DNA from: Candidatus Parcubacteria bacterium
GTDB lineage: Bacteria; Patescibacteriota; Patescibacteriia; UBA1558; GWA2-36-10
Assembly (NCBI GenBank): GCA_018669975.1
Contig: JABHSK010000009.1
Span: forward strand, 1 to 49,126
Direction of reading: 5' to 3'
DNA: 49,126 bases
In this document: positions 19,411-29,923 of the stretch, piece by piece
Numbering within the stretch: the stretch's first letter is position 1
Layout: every line of letters begins with the position of its first letter
The notes under the pieces: model-generated
What the model was told of the DNA's origin: nothing
Databases searched by the model: none
What the model saw: the letters and a program-made list of their open reading frames with translations, nothing else
Translations under genes and position numbers: made by a program

Positions 19411-21933
19411 TTATATAAATGTTACTGAGGATACAGTATCGCCCTCATCTTTAAATCTCATCAAACGTACACCTTGAGTAGCGCGCCCCAACACATTAAC
19501 TGCCTTAATAGGTAAACGGATAACCTGCCCATTCTTAGAAATAATAATAATATCCTCATCTTCCCCTTTACTGCTAACAATCTTAGCTGAAGCTACATTG
19601 CCAGTTTTAGCAGTCACCTGGGCTGTCTTAATGCCAGAACCACCACGGCCCTGTACTTTATAGGCGGCCAACTTAGTACGCTTACCAAAACCATTGTCTG
19701 TAACTATTAAGAATTGCTCCTCTTTGGATGCCTTGCCATCAGGAATCAAATCCACTCCCACCAACTGATCATCCTTCTTTAGCTTCATAGCTCTAACGCC
19801 AGAAGCAGACCTGCCCATAGCTCTAACGTTTTTTTCTTTAAACCTTATAGACTGCCCTTTAACAGTAGCCAACATAATATCATCTTTACCGGAAGAAGGT
19901 CTGACCCAGTTTAAAATATCATCTTTCTTTAATTTTATTGCTATCAAGCCTGAGCGGCGAACATTCTTAAATTGTTCAACTTCTACCCTCTTAATAACAC
20001 CCCCTTTGGTGACCATAACAAAATATTTAAAGGCGTTAAAATCCTCACTCTGCAGAATAGAAGAAATCTTTTCTTCTGGAGATAATTGTAAAAAGTTAAC
20101 TATATTTTGTCCTTTGGCAGTTCTGGATTGTTGAGGCACCTCATAGGCTTTAAGTTGAAAAACTCTACCCTTGGTAGTAAAAAACATCAACTCTGCATGC
20201 GTATTGGTAGAGAAAAATAACTGCACCTGATCCTGTTCCTTGGTAGTTAACCCCATCACTCCTTTACCACCACGGCCCTGGGTCTTAAATAATTCGGCAG
20301 ACACTCTTTTGATATAACCATCGTGAGTCATGGCAATTATTGTCTGCTCGTTCGGTATCAAGTCTTTGGCCGTCATCTGACCAATAGCTGTCTTGACGAC
20401 CCTAGTCTTTCTGTCATCGGCAAATTTATCCCTCAATGCAGCTAGCTCTTCTTTAATAATATTTAAAACCTTGAGCTTACTCTTAAGGATGGTTGTTAAT
20501 TGTTTAATTAATTTTAATTTTTCTTTGAGCTCATCCTCTAGTCTCTTTCTTTCCATGTTAGCTAGGCTCTGCAACTTCATTTCCAAAATGGCCACTGCCT
20601 GTCTTTCAGTCAATTTAAATTTCTTCATTAAATTAGCCTTGGCCACTTCTTTGTCTTTGGATGCCCTAATAGTCTTAATAACAGCATCAATTTTATCTAG
20701 AGCCTTTTTTAAGCCTTCTAAAATATGCGCTCTGTCTTTAGCTTTGTCTAACTCAAACTGAGTACGTTTAACAACCACATTCTGTCTGTGTTTGATATAT
20801 TCTTCTAAGATAGATTTAAGATTAAGCACCCTTGGCTGAATACCATCCACTAGAGCTAACATGTTTACATGGAATTTCTCCTGTAACTGAGTATGTTTGT
20901 AAAGATTGTTTAAAATCTTATTAGGATAAGCATCTTTTTTCAGATCAACTACTACACGCACACCATCCTTGTCTGACTCATCACGCAAATCTTTAATGCC
21001 TTCTAATTTCTTATCCTTAACCAAATTAGCAATCTTTTCTAGTAAATTAGCTTTATTAACCTGATAAGGCACAGAAGAAACAATTATTTGATATTGCCCA
21101 TCTTTGGGTTCAATAATTTCTGCTTCACCCCTCATTACTATACCACCACGACCAGTAGCATATGCTGTCTTGATGTCCTCTATGTTATAAATTACACCAC
21201 CAGTTGGAAAATCTGGACCCTTAACTACAGCCATTAAATCTTCAATTGTAGTATTTGAATTCTCTACCAACATATTAATGGCATCAATCAATTCTCCCAA
21301 ATTATGTGGGGGAATATTAGTAGCCATACCAACAGCAATACCAGTAGTACCATTCAATAATAAATTTGGTAGCTTAGCTGGTAACACTTTTGGTTCTTTA
21401 TGTGAACCATCATAGTTAGGAACAAAATCAACTGTATTTTTTTCGATATCAAAAATAAGCTCCTCAGCTAGCGCCTGAAGCTTAGCCTCAGTATAACGCA
21501 TGGCCGCTGCACTATCACCGTCCATAGAACCAAAGTTACCTTGCCCATTGACCAAAGGATAGCGCATAGAAAAATCCTGTGCCATCCTAACCATAGAATC
21601 ATAAACAGCTGTATCACCGTGCGGATGATATTTACCCAAAACCTCACCAACTACAGTAGCTGATTTACGGAACTTAGCCGTATGTTTAAGACCAATAGTC
21701 CACATGGCATACAAAATACGTCTATGTACTGGCTTTAGACCATCCCTAACATCAGGCAAAGCACGAGAGATGATAACACTCATGGCATAATCTATATATG
21801 AACTCTCCATCTCTTCAACAATGGCCAAGGGCTCTACTTTTCCCCGATTATTAACTGACTCCACATTTGACTCAACAGACTTCTGATTAGTAGTCTTTTT
21901 TGGTCTAAAAGATTTTTTCTTCTTTAACGGCAT
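19411..21933 (-). CDS. gyrA: DNA gyrase subunit A
   Basis: [29 protein letters not shown] (catalytic Tyr), GyrA-box QGRGGKG and C-terminal pinwheel repeats. Confidence 0.97.
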   Translation of the reverse strand: MPLKKKKSFRPKKTTNQKSVESNVESVNNRGKVEPLAIVEEMESSYIDYAMSVIISRALPDVRDGLKPVHRRILYAMWTIGLKHTAKFRKSATVVGEVLGKYHPHGDTAVYDSMVRMAQDFSMRYPLVNGQGNFGSMDGDSAAAMRYTEAKLQALAEELIFDIEKNTVDFVPNYDGSHKEPKVLPAKLPNLLLNGTTGIAVGMATNIPPHNLGELIDAINMLVENSNTTIEDLMAVVKGPDFPTGGVIYNIEDIKTAYATGRGGIVMRGEAEIIEPKDGQYQIIVSSVPYQVNKANLLEKIANLVKDKKLEGIKDLRDESDKDGVRVVVDLKKDAYPNKILNNLYKHTQLQEKFHVNMLALVDGIQPRVLNLKSILEEYIKHRQNVVVKRTQFELDKAKDRAHILEGLKKALDKIDAVIKTIRASKDKEVAKANLMKKFKLTERQAVAILEMKLQSLANMERKRLEDELKEKLKLIKQLTTILKSKLKVLNIIKEELAALRDKFADDRKTRVVKTAIGQMTAKDLIPNEQTIIAMTHDGYIKRVSAELFKTQGRGGKGVMGLTTKEQDQVQLFFSTNTHAELMFFTTKGRVFQLKAYEVPQQSRTAKGQNIVNFLQLSPEEKISSILQSEDFNAFKYFVMVTKGGVIKRVEVEQFKNVRRSGLIAIKLKKDDILNWVRPSSGKDDIMLATVKGQSIRFKEKNVRAMGRSASGVRAMKLKKDDQLVGVDLIPDGKASKEEQFLIVTDNGFGKRTKLAAYKVQGRGGSGIKTAQVTAKTGNVASAKIVSSKGEDEDIIIISKNGQVIRLPIKAVNVLGRATQGVRLMRFKDEGDTVSSVTFI

Positions 21934-21952
21934 AATATTTAAAAAGTTTTAA

Positions 21953-22471
21953 TTAATCTGCACAAATTTGTAGGATATCACCACCATCTTCAGCATAGAA
22001 TAGGCAACCCAACAAATCTTCATTGGGATGACAAAATGTGTTTCTAGCAAAATGACTTAATATCTCCCCATCTTTAGCATTATCCCAATCCTCATCGGAA
22101 ACTTCTACTAAACAAGAGGCTCCTTCTCCACAATCAAGAAAATCATTACACATATGATCGGTAGAGGTAGCTTGTCCAGATATATGAAGTTTAAAAGCGT
22201 CTACCACCGCATCTTGCCTGGCCTGACGCTTGAATTCGTCCTCTAATATACCTAGACGTATTAAACCTAAGTCCACACCATCCTTAATTTGTCCCATGAC
22301 TCCAGTAGCTTCTTGACTAAGTCCCTGCCAAAAAAAATTTTGATCAGCGGATCTATTATCTTTCTGCACTGGTAAAAAATTTAACCACTGCCAAAAAATA
22401 AAACCTAAAAAAATAACAACCAAGACAGCTAACAATAAAATTTTACCTTTGTCGTTGGTAGTAAAAATCAT
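21953..22471 (-). CDS. Membrane-anchored hypothetical protein with Cys-rich C-terminus
   Basis: N-terminal TM helix, six Cys in the C-terminal 65 aa and a 4-nt overlap with the upstream gene. Confidence 0.65.
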   Translation of the reverse strand: MIFTTNDKGKILLLAVLVVIFLGFIFWQWLNFLPVQKDNRSADQNFFWQGLSQEATGVMGQIKDGVDLGLIRLGILEDEFKRQARQDAVVDAFKLHISGQATSTDHMCNDFLDCGEGASCLVEVSDEDWDNAKDGEILSHFARNTFCHPNEDLLGCLFYAEDGGDILQICAD

Positions 22472-23073
22472 TTCTTTGACTTCAATACTATTAATCTAAC
22501 CTCTTCTTCGAAGAGATCTTTCTTTTTAAGATTAAATTTATCAACTTCTTCTGCTTTAACTCCGAATTCTTTTACAAAATCTGTCACGTTATCTAGTTTT
22601 AGTTTACCACCACCATCTTTATGACAACTAGGAATTACTATCATCGGATCTATCTGACTAATCAATTTAACGGCTTCTTTACTGGTAGTAAAATCTCCAC
22701 CACCAACTGGTAAAATCAAAACATCTGCCCCACCTATTAATTCTAAATCCCCATTACTAATTTCCTGATGTCCAAATTCTCCTAGGAAGGCTATCTTAAT
22801 GTCATCAAAAATAACCAAATAAACTATACTATCGGAAATCTTATGACCATAAACAAAAACGTCACTGACCTCAAATTCTCCAGCTGAATCAATCACGAAA
22901 GCATCATTATTAAATTTGCTCTTGGTGACCTGCTTAGGATCTGAAAATAAAATAACCTCTGCCTTGCATTTACTAAATTTGGTCACATTATCCAAATTAT
23001 AAGGATTGAAAATCAGAGAACGGTGGCTATTTTGTAGTTTAAAATAGTTAAATCCGTACCACGAAATATTCAT
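22468..23073 (-). CDS. Metallo-beta-lactamase-fold protein (Lactamase_B_3-like), degenerate metal site
   Basis: ISWYG..FKL, IDSAGEFEV, ADVLILPVGG and IDPMIVIP; the HxHxDH motif is absent. Confidence 0.8.
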   Translation of the reverse strand: MNISWYGFNYFKLQNSHRSLIFNPYNLDNVTKFSKCKAEVILFSDPKQVTKSKFNNDAFVIDSAGEFEVSDVFVYGHKISDSIVYLVIFDDIKIAFLGEFGHQEISNGDLELIGGADVLILPVGGGDFTTSKEAVKLISQIDPMIVIPSCHKDGGGKLKLDNVTDFVKEFGVKAEEVDKFNLKKKDLFEEEVRLIVLKSKK

Positions 23074-23137
23074 ATTTTTGCTATTTTTACTTATCTTTTA
23101 AACATGCTAATTTTATCATAAAATCAACCTCTAGTAA

Positions 23138-23167
23138 AGCCTAAAATAGCCTAAAAACAGCCTAAAA
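23138..23167. repeat. Three phased AGCCTAAAA direct repeats in a divergent promoter region
   Basis: Copies at 23138, 23148 and 23159. Confidence 0.7.
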
Positions 23168-23208
23168 AGGGGGCTTTTTTAACCATCAAAATGCTCTAGC
23201 CCTAGGGC

Positions 23209-23237
23209 TTGATTTTTTTTTAGATTTATGGTAATGT
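23209..23237 (+). promoter_or_regulatory. Probable rpsA promoter
   Basis: TTGATT, 17 nt, TAATGT with an extended TG. Confidence 0.5.
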
Positions 23238-23339
23238 AAGGCGGCAATTAATCAATATCCAAGAGTATTTTGGATGCTTGTCTGGCTGGACAATATCAGA
23301 TTACGTCTAGTCAAGCGGGATAAAATTTAATAATTAATA

Positions 23340-24545
23340 ATGTCAGACGTAAAAACAAGTACCACACCACAAAACGTAATGGATGCTTTGCTACAAAAAG
23401 AAGATGCAATGCAGATTCCAAAGCTAGGTGATTTGGTAGAAGGTACTGTAATCAGTATCTCAAAAAATGAAATTTATGTAGATATCTCAGGCCTAACTAC
23501 TGGTATAATCCGTGGTCGAGAAATCTATGATGAGTCAGATGAATCATCAAATCTAAAAGTAGGTAATAAAGCTGCGGCTACGGTTGTCGGTTTAGACAAC
23601 GAAAATGGCTACATGGAACTTTCTTTCCGTGAAGCTGGTCATAAAAAAGCTTGGGACAACCTAGAAAAATTACATGGCGAAGGAGTCATTGTAGATAGTA
23701 AAGTTATTGACGCCAACAAGGGTGGGCTAATGGTTAAAATTGGTAACGTAATCGGATTTTTACCAGTATCACAGCTAACTATTGAACATTACCCAAGAAT
23801 TGAGGGTGGAGATAAAAATAAGATTTTGGCTCATTTGAAAAGTTTTGTAAATGAACTACTTAGAACTAAAATAATAGATGTCAACGAGAGAGAAGAAAAG
23901 TTGATCGTCTCTGAAAAAGCCGCTTGGGATGACAAGCAGAGAAAAGTTGTCTCTAAGTATAAAATCGGCGAAAAAATCAAAGGTAAAGTAACCGGAGTAG
24001 TAGACTTTGGTGCTTTTGTAGAATTCGGTGATAATCTAGAAGGCTTAGTACATATTTCTGAATTAGCTTGGCAGAGAATCGACAATCCACGTGATGTTAT
24101 CAAGGTTAATGATGTAGTTGATGCTGAAATCATTGATATTGAAGACACTAAAATTTCTCTATCTATAAAGAAACTAAAAACTGACCCTTGGGCAGAAGTT
24201 GCTAAGAAATACAAAGTTGGACAAACTGTTGAAGGTAAAGTATTAAAGGTTAATCCTTTTGGTGCTTTTGTAGAATTAGACAACGATATCCATGGTTTGG
24301 TTCATATCTCTGAATTAAGTGATAAAAAGGTTAGTGATCTAGATAGTTTAATCAACGTTGGCAAAGACTATGAATTCATTATTCTTAGTATAGAGCCAAA
24401 AAATCATCGTTTGGGCCTATCTCTAAAAGCTGCTGGTAAACCTATCAAAGAAGAAGTTAAGGAAGATAAAGACGAAGCTAAAAAGGAAGATGCTCCAGCT
24501 GAGACTAAGGAAAAAGTTGATACTAAAAAAGAAGATACAAAATAA
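23340..24545 (+). CDS. rpsA: 30S ribosomal protein S1 (four S1 domains)
   Basis: Repeated S1 motifs (NKGGL..GFLPVSQ; two copies of FGAFVE..GLVHISEL) and a charged tail. Confidence 0.92.
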   Translation: MSDVKTSTTPQNVMDALLQKEDAMQIPKLGDLVEGTVISISKNEIYVDISGLTTGIIRGREIYDESDESSNLKVGNKAAATVVGLDNENGYMELSFREAGHKKAWDNLEKLHGEGVIVDSKVIDANKGGLMVKIGNVIGFLPVSQLTIEHYPRIEGGDKNKILAHLKSFVNELLRTKIIDVNEREEKLIVSEKAAWDDKQRKVVSKYKIGEKIKGKVTGVVDFGAFVEFGDNLEGLVHISELAWQRIDNPRDVIKVNDVVDAEIIDIEDTKISLSIKKLKTDPWAEVAKKYKVGQTVEGKVLKVNPFGAFVELDNDIHGLVHISELSDKKVSDLDSLINVGKDYEFIILSIEPKNHRLGLSLKAAGKPIKEEVKEDKDEAKKEDAPAETKEKVDTKKEDTK

Positions 24546-24606
24546 CCTAAAGGGTTTATAAATTGTATACTTTGTATTACAATAAAATTGTAACTAAATA
24601 AAAACT

Positions 24607-26415
24607 ATGAAAGAAATCATCAAAAAATTTGCTATATTCTTTTTATTTCTTGCTATTATCGCATTCATTTTTAGCTTCTTCGGAACCGACTCAGAAGAAA
24701 GCAATGAAATAAGTATAGCCACTCTAATACAAGAGATTAATAGTGATGAAGTTGCTAAAATTGAAGTACAAGGCAATGTATTAGATATAACCCTGAAAAA
24801 CGAAGAACACCAGACTAGTAAAAAAGAAACTGGTGAACCTCTTAGTGATCTATTAAAAAACTATGATGTGTCAGCTGAAAAAATTGCAGCTATGGACATA
24901 AATGTTGGTGAGGAAGCAAATTCTGGCATGCTATGGACTACCATACTGCCTTTTCTGATACCTGGGTTATTTATCATAGCCTTAATCTGGTTTATGATGC
25001 GCCAAGTACAAGGTGTAAACAATAGGGCTATGACTTTTGGACAATCTGGAGCTAAGGTAGCTGATAGACAAAAACAGAAGTTTACATTTAACGATGTAGC
25101 TGGTGCTAAAGAAGCCAAAGAAGATTTATTTGAGATAGTAGAATTTTTAAAACATCCACAAAAATTTATTGCTATTGGTGCTAAAATACCAAAGGGCGTC
25201 TTATTATTAGGTGCGCCAGGTACTGGTAAAACTTTATTGGCTCGTGCTGTCTCCGGCGAAGCTAAGGGGCCTTTCTTCCATATTTCAGGTTCTGAATTTG
25301 TGGAAATGTTTGTAGGTGTGGGTGCTTCACGTGTTAGAGACTTATTTAAGAAAGCAAAGAAGTCTGCACCCTGCATTATCTTTATCGATGAAATAGACGC
25401 TGTCGGTAGACAACGTGGTGCCGGACTAGGCGGGTCTCATGATGAAAGGGAACAAACACTCAATCAAATTCTAGTTGAGATGGATGGCTTTGACAATCAA
25501 ACCAATATCATCGTTTTAGCAGCCACTAATCGTCCTGATGTACTAGATCCTGCACTACTTAGACCTGGTCGTTTTGATAGACAGGTAGTAATCGACTTGC
25601 CAGATATGAAAGATAGAGCAGCTATCTTGGGTATTCACGCCAAAGACAAGCCATTGGCCAAAAATGTTGACTTAAAGGTGGTAGCTCAGAGAACACCAGG
25701 ATTTTCTGGAGCTGATCTAGCCAACCTACTTAATGAGGCTGCTATTATGACTGCTAGAGATAACAAAAAAATAATTGAAGAAGAGACTGTTTTAAATGCT
25801 ATCGAAAGAGTATTATTGGGTCGTGAAAGAAAAAGTCATATCCTATCAGAAAAAGAAAAGAAAATTACTGCCTATCATGAAGCCGGACACGCTTTAGTTG
25901 CTCATATGTTACCTAACGCTGATCCAGTACACAAAGTTTCTATCATAGCTCGTGGTCGAGCAGCTGGTTACACTATTAGCCTTCCCAGGGAAGATAAAAA
26001 GATGCAAAGTTATTCTGACTTTATAGATAGCATGGCTGTATTACTAGGCGGCTATGCAGCTGAAAAAATATTTTTTGGTGAAGTAACAACAGGTGCCAGT
26101 AATGACTTGAAAAAAATAACCAACCTAGCTCGTCAAATAGTGACTCAATTTGGTATGGACGAGAAACTAGGTCCAAGAACTTTTGGACAAAAAGAAGAGA
26201 TGGTGTTCCTGGGTAAAGAAATACACGAGCGTCGTGATTATAGTGAAAAAACAGCCGAGGCTATTGACCAAGAAATATCTAATTACGTTGGACAAGCTTT
26301 AAAGACTGCCACCAAAACTATCTCTGAAGAAAAAGACAAAATGGAAAAAATTGTACAGATGCTAATAGATAAAGAAACTATAGAAAAAGAGGCTTTTGAA
26401 AAATTAATGTCTTAA
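24607..26415 (+). CDS. ftsH: ATP-dependent zinc metalloprotease FtsH
   Basis: Two TM helices, [28 protein letters not shown] and the HEAGH zinc motif. Confidence 0.97.
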   Translation: MKEIIKKFAIFFLFLAIIAFIFSFFGTDSEESNEISIATLIQEINSDEVAKIEVQGNVLDITLKNEEHQTSKKETGEPLSDLLKNYDVSAEKIAAMDINVGEEANSGMLWTTILPFLIPGLFIIALIWFMMRQVQGVNNRAMTFGQSGAKVADRQKQKFTFNDVAGAKEAKEDLFEIVEFLKHPQKFIAIGAKIPKGVLLLGAPGTGKTLLARAVSGEAKGPFFHISGSEFVEMFVGVGASRVRDLFKKAKKSAPCIIFIDEIDAVGRQRGAGLGGSHDEREQTLNQILVEMDGFDNQTNIIVLAATNRPDVLDPALLRPGRFDRQVVIDLPDMKDRAAILGIHAKDKPLAKNVDLKVVAQRTPGFSGADLANLLNEAAIMTARDNKKIIEEETVLNAIERVLLGRERKSHILSEKEKKITAYHEAGHALVAHMLPNADPVHKVSIIARGRAAGYTISLPREDKKMQSYSDFIDSMAVLLGGYAAEKIFFGEVTTGASNDLKKITNLARQIVTQFGMDEKLGPRTFGQKEEMVFLGKEIHERRDYSEKTAEAIDQEISNYVGQALKTATKTISEEKDKMEKIVQMLIDKETIEKEAFEKLMS

Positions 26416-26421
26416 AATATC

Positions 26422-26454
26422 AAACTCCCCGGTTCCAATCGGGGTTTTTGTTTT
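26422..26454 (+). terminator. ftsH terminator
   Basis: CCCCGGTT-CC-AATCGGGG followed by TTTTTGTTTT. Confidence 0.75.
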
Positions 26455-26464
26455 ATCAAAAAAT

Positions 26465-26493
26465 AAAAATACCCACCCCTATTTAGGGTGGGC
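26465..26493 (-). terminator. Terminator of the 26501-26824 gene
   Basis: Minus strand GCCCACCCT-AAAT-AGGGGTGGGT-ATTTTT. Confidence 0.7.
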
Positions 26494-26500
26494 TTTAATA

Positions 26501-26824
26501 TTATTCTGCATCATGCCAAATAATGTCATCTTCACTGTCTACCCAGTAGGTCTTCTTGCTGACGGAGACCTTGGGACTGTGATTGTCATTTTCCAGTCGA
26601 GGCTGCTCGACCTTGTCATCAGCAATCAGCTGACGCAAGACTTCTTCGGCCTTGTCAGGAAACTCAATCCAGCTCTCAGTCCTATAATCAGTAATAACCT
26701 TTGTCCAGTCTGCTTCGTCAGCACAACGAGTGCCAGCAATAATCTTTTTCACATCTCCGATGAGCACGTCACCCCTGGCAATGTCAGCGACACAGAGACT
26801 AACGCTGAGTCCGATCTTAGGCAT
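26501..26824 (-). CDS. Hypothetical protein (107 aa)
   Basis: SD AAGGAGAGG, own promoter and terminator; KIGLSVSLCVADI...KVEQPR pattern. Confidence 0.75.
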   Translation of the reverse strand: MPKIGLSVSLCVADIARGDVLIGDVKKIIAGTRCADEADWTKVITDYRTESWIEFPDKAEEVLRQLIADDKVEQPRLENDNHSPKVSVSKKTYWVDSEDDIIWHDAE

Positions 26825-26930
26825 TACTTACCTCTCCTTCTGTTTTGGGATGGTAACATCCCTTGGTGAAATTAATAAACGGTTAACGATCATTAAAACT
26901 ATGAATATTAAACAGATTTTTACAAATTTA

Positions 26931-26981
26931 TATAGTGAACACAGAATAAAAGAGATTAACATGCAGGTTATATTTTGTCAA
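26931..26981 (-). promoter_or_regulatory. Sigma70-type promoter plus boxA-like motif
   Basis: TTGACA (26981-26976), 17 nt, TAATCT (26958-26953), then TGTTCACTATA (26941-26931). Confidence 0.65.
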
Positions 26982-27072
26982 TTAAAGCACGCTGCTTTTA
27001 TTTTTTACGAAAATATTGTATAATATAGACGATTATAAAAATAAAAAGATAAACATAAATTAAAATAAAAAT

Positions 27073-28041
27073 ATGGTTTACAAAAAAGTTTATTCTAATT
27101 CTTGGAAACTAATAAAAAGTAACCTCCACTTGATTATTTTTGGGCTATTCGTTTCTATACTCGGTTTTATGCAGGAAATAAAAATCCTGATAAACATAGA
27201 TAAGGTAGAGACTGATTTTATCAGTACCAATATAGTACAATGGCTCTCAATACTAGCAAAATTTGCAACTGAAAATTTATCCTGGGCAGCCTTTGCAAGT
27301 TACATGATCTTCTTTTTATTCGCTGCTATTGCACTGGTAGTTTCTATCTCATCACAGGGTGCTTTGATACACTCTGTTAGTGGTAATAAGAAAACCGGCA
27401 AGACATCCTCATTCAAAAAATGCTTACAGGCTGGTGTAGAAAAATTCTGGCCGCTGTTAGGTATGAATGTTCTTAACTCTTTAATTAGCGTTTTCTTTAT
27501 TATAATAGTAATTGAACCAATTGTTTACTTCCTAAGCGCTAGCTATGTTGGGGAATTGCTTTATCTACTGATATCCATAGTAACTTTCTTCCTACTACTA
27601 CCTCTGGCAGTCGTACTATCTTTTGTAACTAGATATGGCGCTGCTTATATAGTTCTTAAAAATCAAAAATTAACCACTGCCTTTGTAAATGCTTGGATAC
27701 TCTTTAAGATCAACTGGTTAGTAACTATAGAAAATGCCATTCTATTGATCCTATTCTCTATGGTTTATAGTCTATTATTATCAGGGGCTATTGCTGTAGC
27801 CTTGGTACCACTATTAGTGCTCAGCATCTTACTATCCTTTATCAATCCAATTGCCTTCTCTATTATCTTTTCTGTAGGTATTATTGCCGCTATTATTATA
27901 CTAATACTGGGCATATCATTGTATGGGGCTTATTATAATCTGGTTTGGGCAAACTTCTTCGTAGAATTAACCGCACCTGGAAAAAGCCATCCTAAAATAC
28001 ATAAAATAGCCAAGAAACATCTACCTAAATTAGCCAAATAA
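27073..28041 (+). CDS. Polytopic membrane protein of unknown function
   Basis: About 6-7 hydrophobic helices; QGALI and KFWPLLG blocks. Confidence 0.75.
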   Translation: MVYKKVYSNSWKLIKSNLHLIIFGLFVSILGFMQEIKILINIDKVETDFISTNIVQWLSILAKFATENLSWAAFASYMIFFLFAAIALVVSISSQGALIHSVSGNKKTGKTSSFKKCLQAGVEKFWPLLGMNVLNSLISVFFIIIVIEPIVYFLSASYVGELLYLLISIVTFFLLLPLAVVLSFVTRYGAAYIVLKNQKLTTAFVNAWILFKINWLVTIENAILLILFSMVYSLLLSGAIAVALVPLLVLSILLSFINPIAFSIIFSVGIIAAIIILILGISLYGAYYNLVWANFFVELTAPGKSHPKIHKIAKKHLPKLAK

Positions 28042-28160
28042 TTCTTTATAACACAGACCTAACCCTGGACCGTTTGCCTTTGGCTTTGGATCAGGGTTTT
28101 AAATTGACTTTAAATTTTATCAAAAGTATAATATTGATAGGCTTTTAAAAAGGATAAAAT

Positions 28161-29891
28161 ATGATTAGCGCACAAAATATACACATCGCTAAAGATGAAA
28201 CTAGCCAGAAACTAAGCTCCAAGCTTTCTACTATTGAACTCAAAGAAATAGAAAAAGAGGTAGAAAAAAAGGCGGAAGAACTAAGTCTGTCTTATATTAG
28301 CTTAGAAAAATTTCCAGTTTCCCAAGAGGCTATTAAAATAATAGCTCGCGAAAAATCAGAAGCATTGCAGGTTCTTTGTTTTTTGTATACTGGGGAAGAA
28401 ATGCGCTTAGCCTCACTTAATCCCAGTAATCCTCAGGTGACAAATCTAGCCAATGAGCTAGCAAAAAAATATCATACCCATGTTAAAACTTATCTTGTCT
28501 CACAAAACAGTTTTGATTTAGCTTTTGCTATTTACAAAAAAATACCTACCATAATACAAATAGAGGGCGTTAGTATAAGTGAAGATGATCTTAATAAATT
28601 TGATGAAAAATTAGCTAATTTTAAAGAACTAGAAAAGCTAATACAAGCAACTGGTTTAACAGAGACTATTAATTTGGTTATAGCAGCTGGTCTCAAGTTT
28701 GGTGCTTCCGATATACATATAGAGGCTGAGGAGCAGGATGTAAAAATTCGTCTGCGCATAGATGGTGTACTACACGATGTCGCTAAATTACCCACAACTT
28801 CTTGGGATAAAATAAACTCCCGCATTAAACTGCTGGCTGGCTTAAAATTAAATGTGGATGATAAACCTCAGGATGGACGTTTTACTATCACACTTAGTGA
28901 CGATAAGGTTGATGTCAGAACATCAACTATCCCCTCTGCCTTTGGACAGAGCATTGTTATGCGTTTACTCAAGGCCTCTAGCATTGGTCTAGAATTTGAA
29001 AATTTAGGCATCATGGGTAAATCCTTTAATGATCTCTCTGCTGAAATAGGCAAACCAAACGGCATGATTGTAACCACTGGTCCGACTGGCTCTGGTAAAA
29101 CCACCACCTTGTATGCCATTTTAAATAAGCTGAACCAACCTGAAAATAAAATAGTTACTCTAGAGGATCCGATTGAATATAAACTAAATGGTGTAGTGCA
29201 AAGTCAAATTGATAATACTGACACTGAAGAAGAGGTTGATGAAAAAACTGGCTCTGTTAAAAAAAAGGCTGGGTATACATTTGCTAAAGGGCTAAGGTCT
29301 ATACTTAGACAAGATCCGGATGTTGTCATGGTTGGTGAAATACGTGACCTAGAAACAGCTGACACAGCTATCAATGCAGCCCTAACTGGTCACCTAATGC
29401 TATCAACACTACACACTAATTCAGCTGCTGGTGCACTACCAAGATTTATGGCCATGGGCGTTAAACCTTTTTTGTTGGCGCCAGCTTTAAATGCTATCAT
29501 TGGTCAAAGATTACTTCGTCGTATTTGTGAACATTGTAAAATAGAAGATAAGGACATAGACAACGCTACTATGACTCTGATACTAAACTCACTTAATGAC
29601 ATTAGTCCTAAATCTGGACATAAACCTGATCTAAAAAATATAAAATTTTATAAGGCTGAGGGTTGTGAAGAATGCCACAACCTGGGTTATAAGGGTCGTA
29701 TTGGTATCTATGAAATATTTATTATGAATCCAGAAATAGAAAAAGTTATTCTTTCTGGACAAATATCTGAATATGAAATAGAAAAAATAGCTGTAGCTAA
29801 TGGAATGATTACCATGCTACAAGACGGACTCCTTAAGGCAATGGAAGGAATAACCTCTGTAGAAGAGGTACTCAAAGAGATAAAGGATTAA
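28161..29891 (+). CDS. GspE/PulE/PilB-family secretion ATPase
   Basis: ASDIHIE, PQDGRF, GPTGSGKTTT, EDPIEY, LRQDPD, TGHLMLSTLHTN and tetra-Cys zinc motif. Confidence 0.93.
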   Translation: MISAQNIHIAKDETSQKLSSKLSTIELKEIEKEVEKKAEELSLSYISLEKFPVSQEAIKIIAREKSEALQVLCFLYTGEEMRLASLNPSNPQVTNLANELAKKYHTHVKTYLVSQNSFDLAFAIYKKIPTIIQIEGVSISEDDLNKFDEKLANFKELEKLIQATGLTETINLVIAAGLKFGASDIHIEAEEQDVKIRLRIDGVLHDVAKLPTTSWDKINSRIKLLAGLKLNVDDKPQDGRFTITLSDDKVDVRTSTIPSAFGQSIVMRLLKASSIGLEFENLGIMGKSFNDLSAEIGKPNGMIVTTGPTGSGKTTTLYAILNKLNQPENKIVTLEDPIEYKLNGVVQSQIDNTDTEEEVDEKTGSVKKKAGYTFAKGLRSILRQDPDVVMVGEIRDLETADTAINAALTGHLMLSTLHTNSAAGALPRFMAMGVKPFLLAPALNAIIGQRLLRRICEHCKIEDKDIDNATMTLILNSLNDISPKSGHKPDLKNIKFYKAEGCEECHNLGYKGRIGIYEIFIMNPEIEKVILSGQISEYEIEKIAVANGMITMLQDGLLKAMEGITSVEEVLKEIKD

Positions 29892-29923
29892 AAAAATTCC
29901 CCGATAATCGGGGAATTTTTTTT
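29890..29923. terminator. Bidirectional terminator
   Basis: AAAAAAATTCCCCGAT-A-ATCGGGGAATTTTTTT inverted repeat between convergent genes. Confidence 0.85.

Noticed and set aside
11046-26493. Similar CCCC/GGGG hairpins at 11046, 18283 and 26465 as REP or IS200/IS605 ends
   Set aside because: Their sequences differ, each sits right after a stop codon with a U-tract, and no transposase or TnpB is present; ordinary terminators explain them.
26730-27023. 97-aa plus-strand ORF
   Set aside because: It is antisense to the 107-aa gene and runs through its promoter; a shadow ORF.
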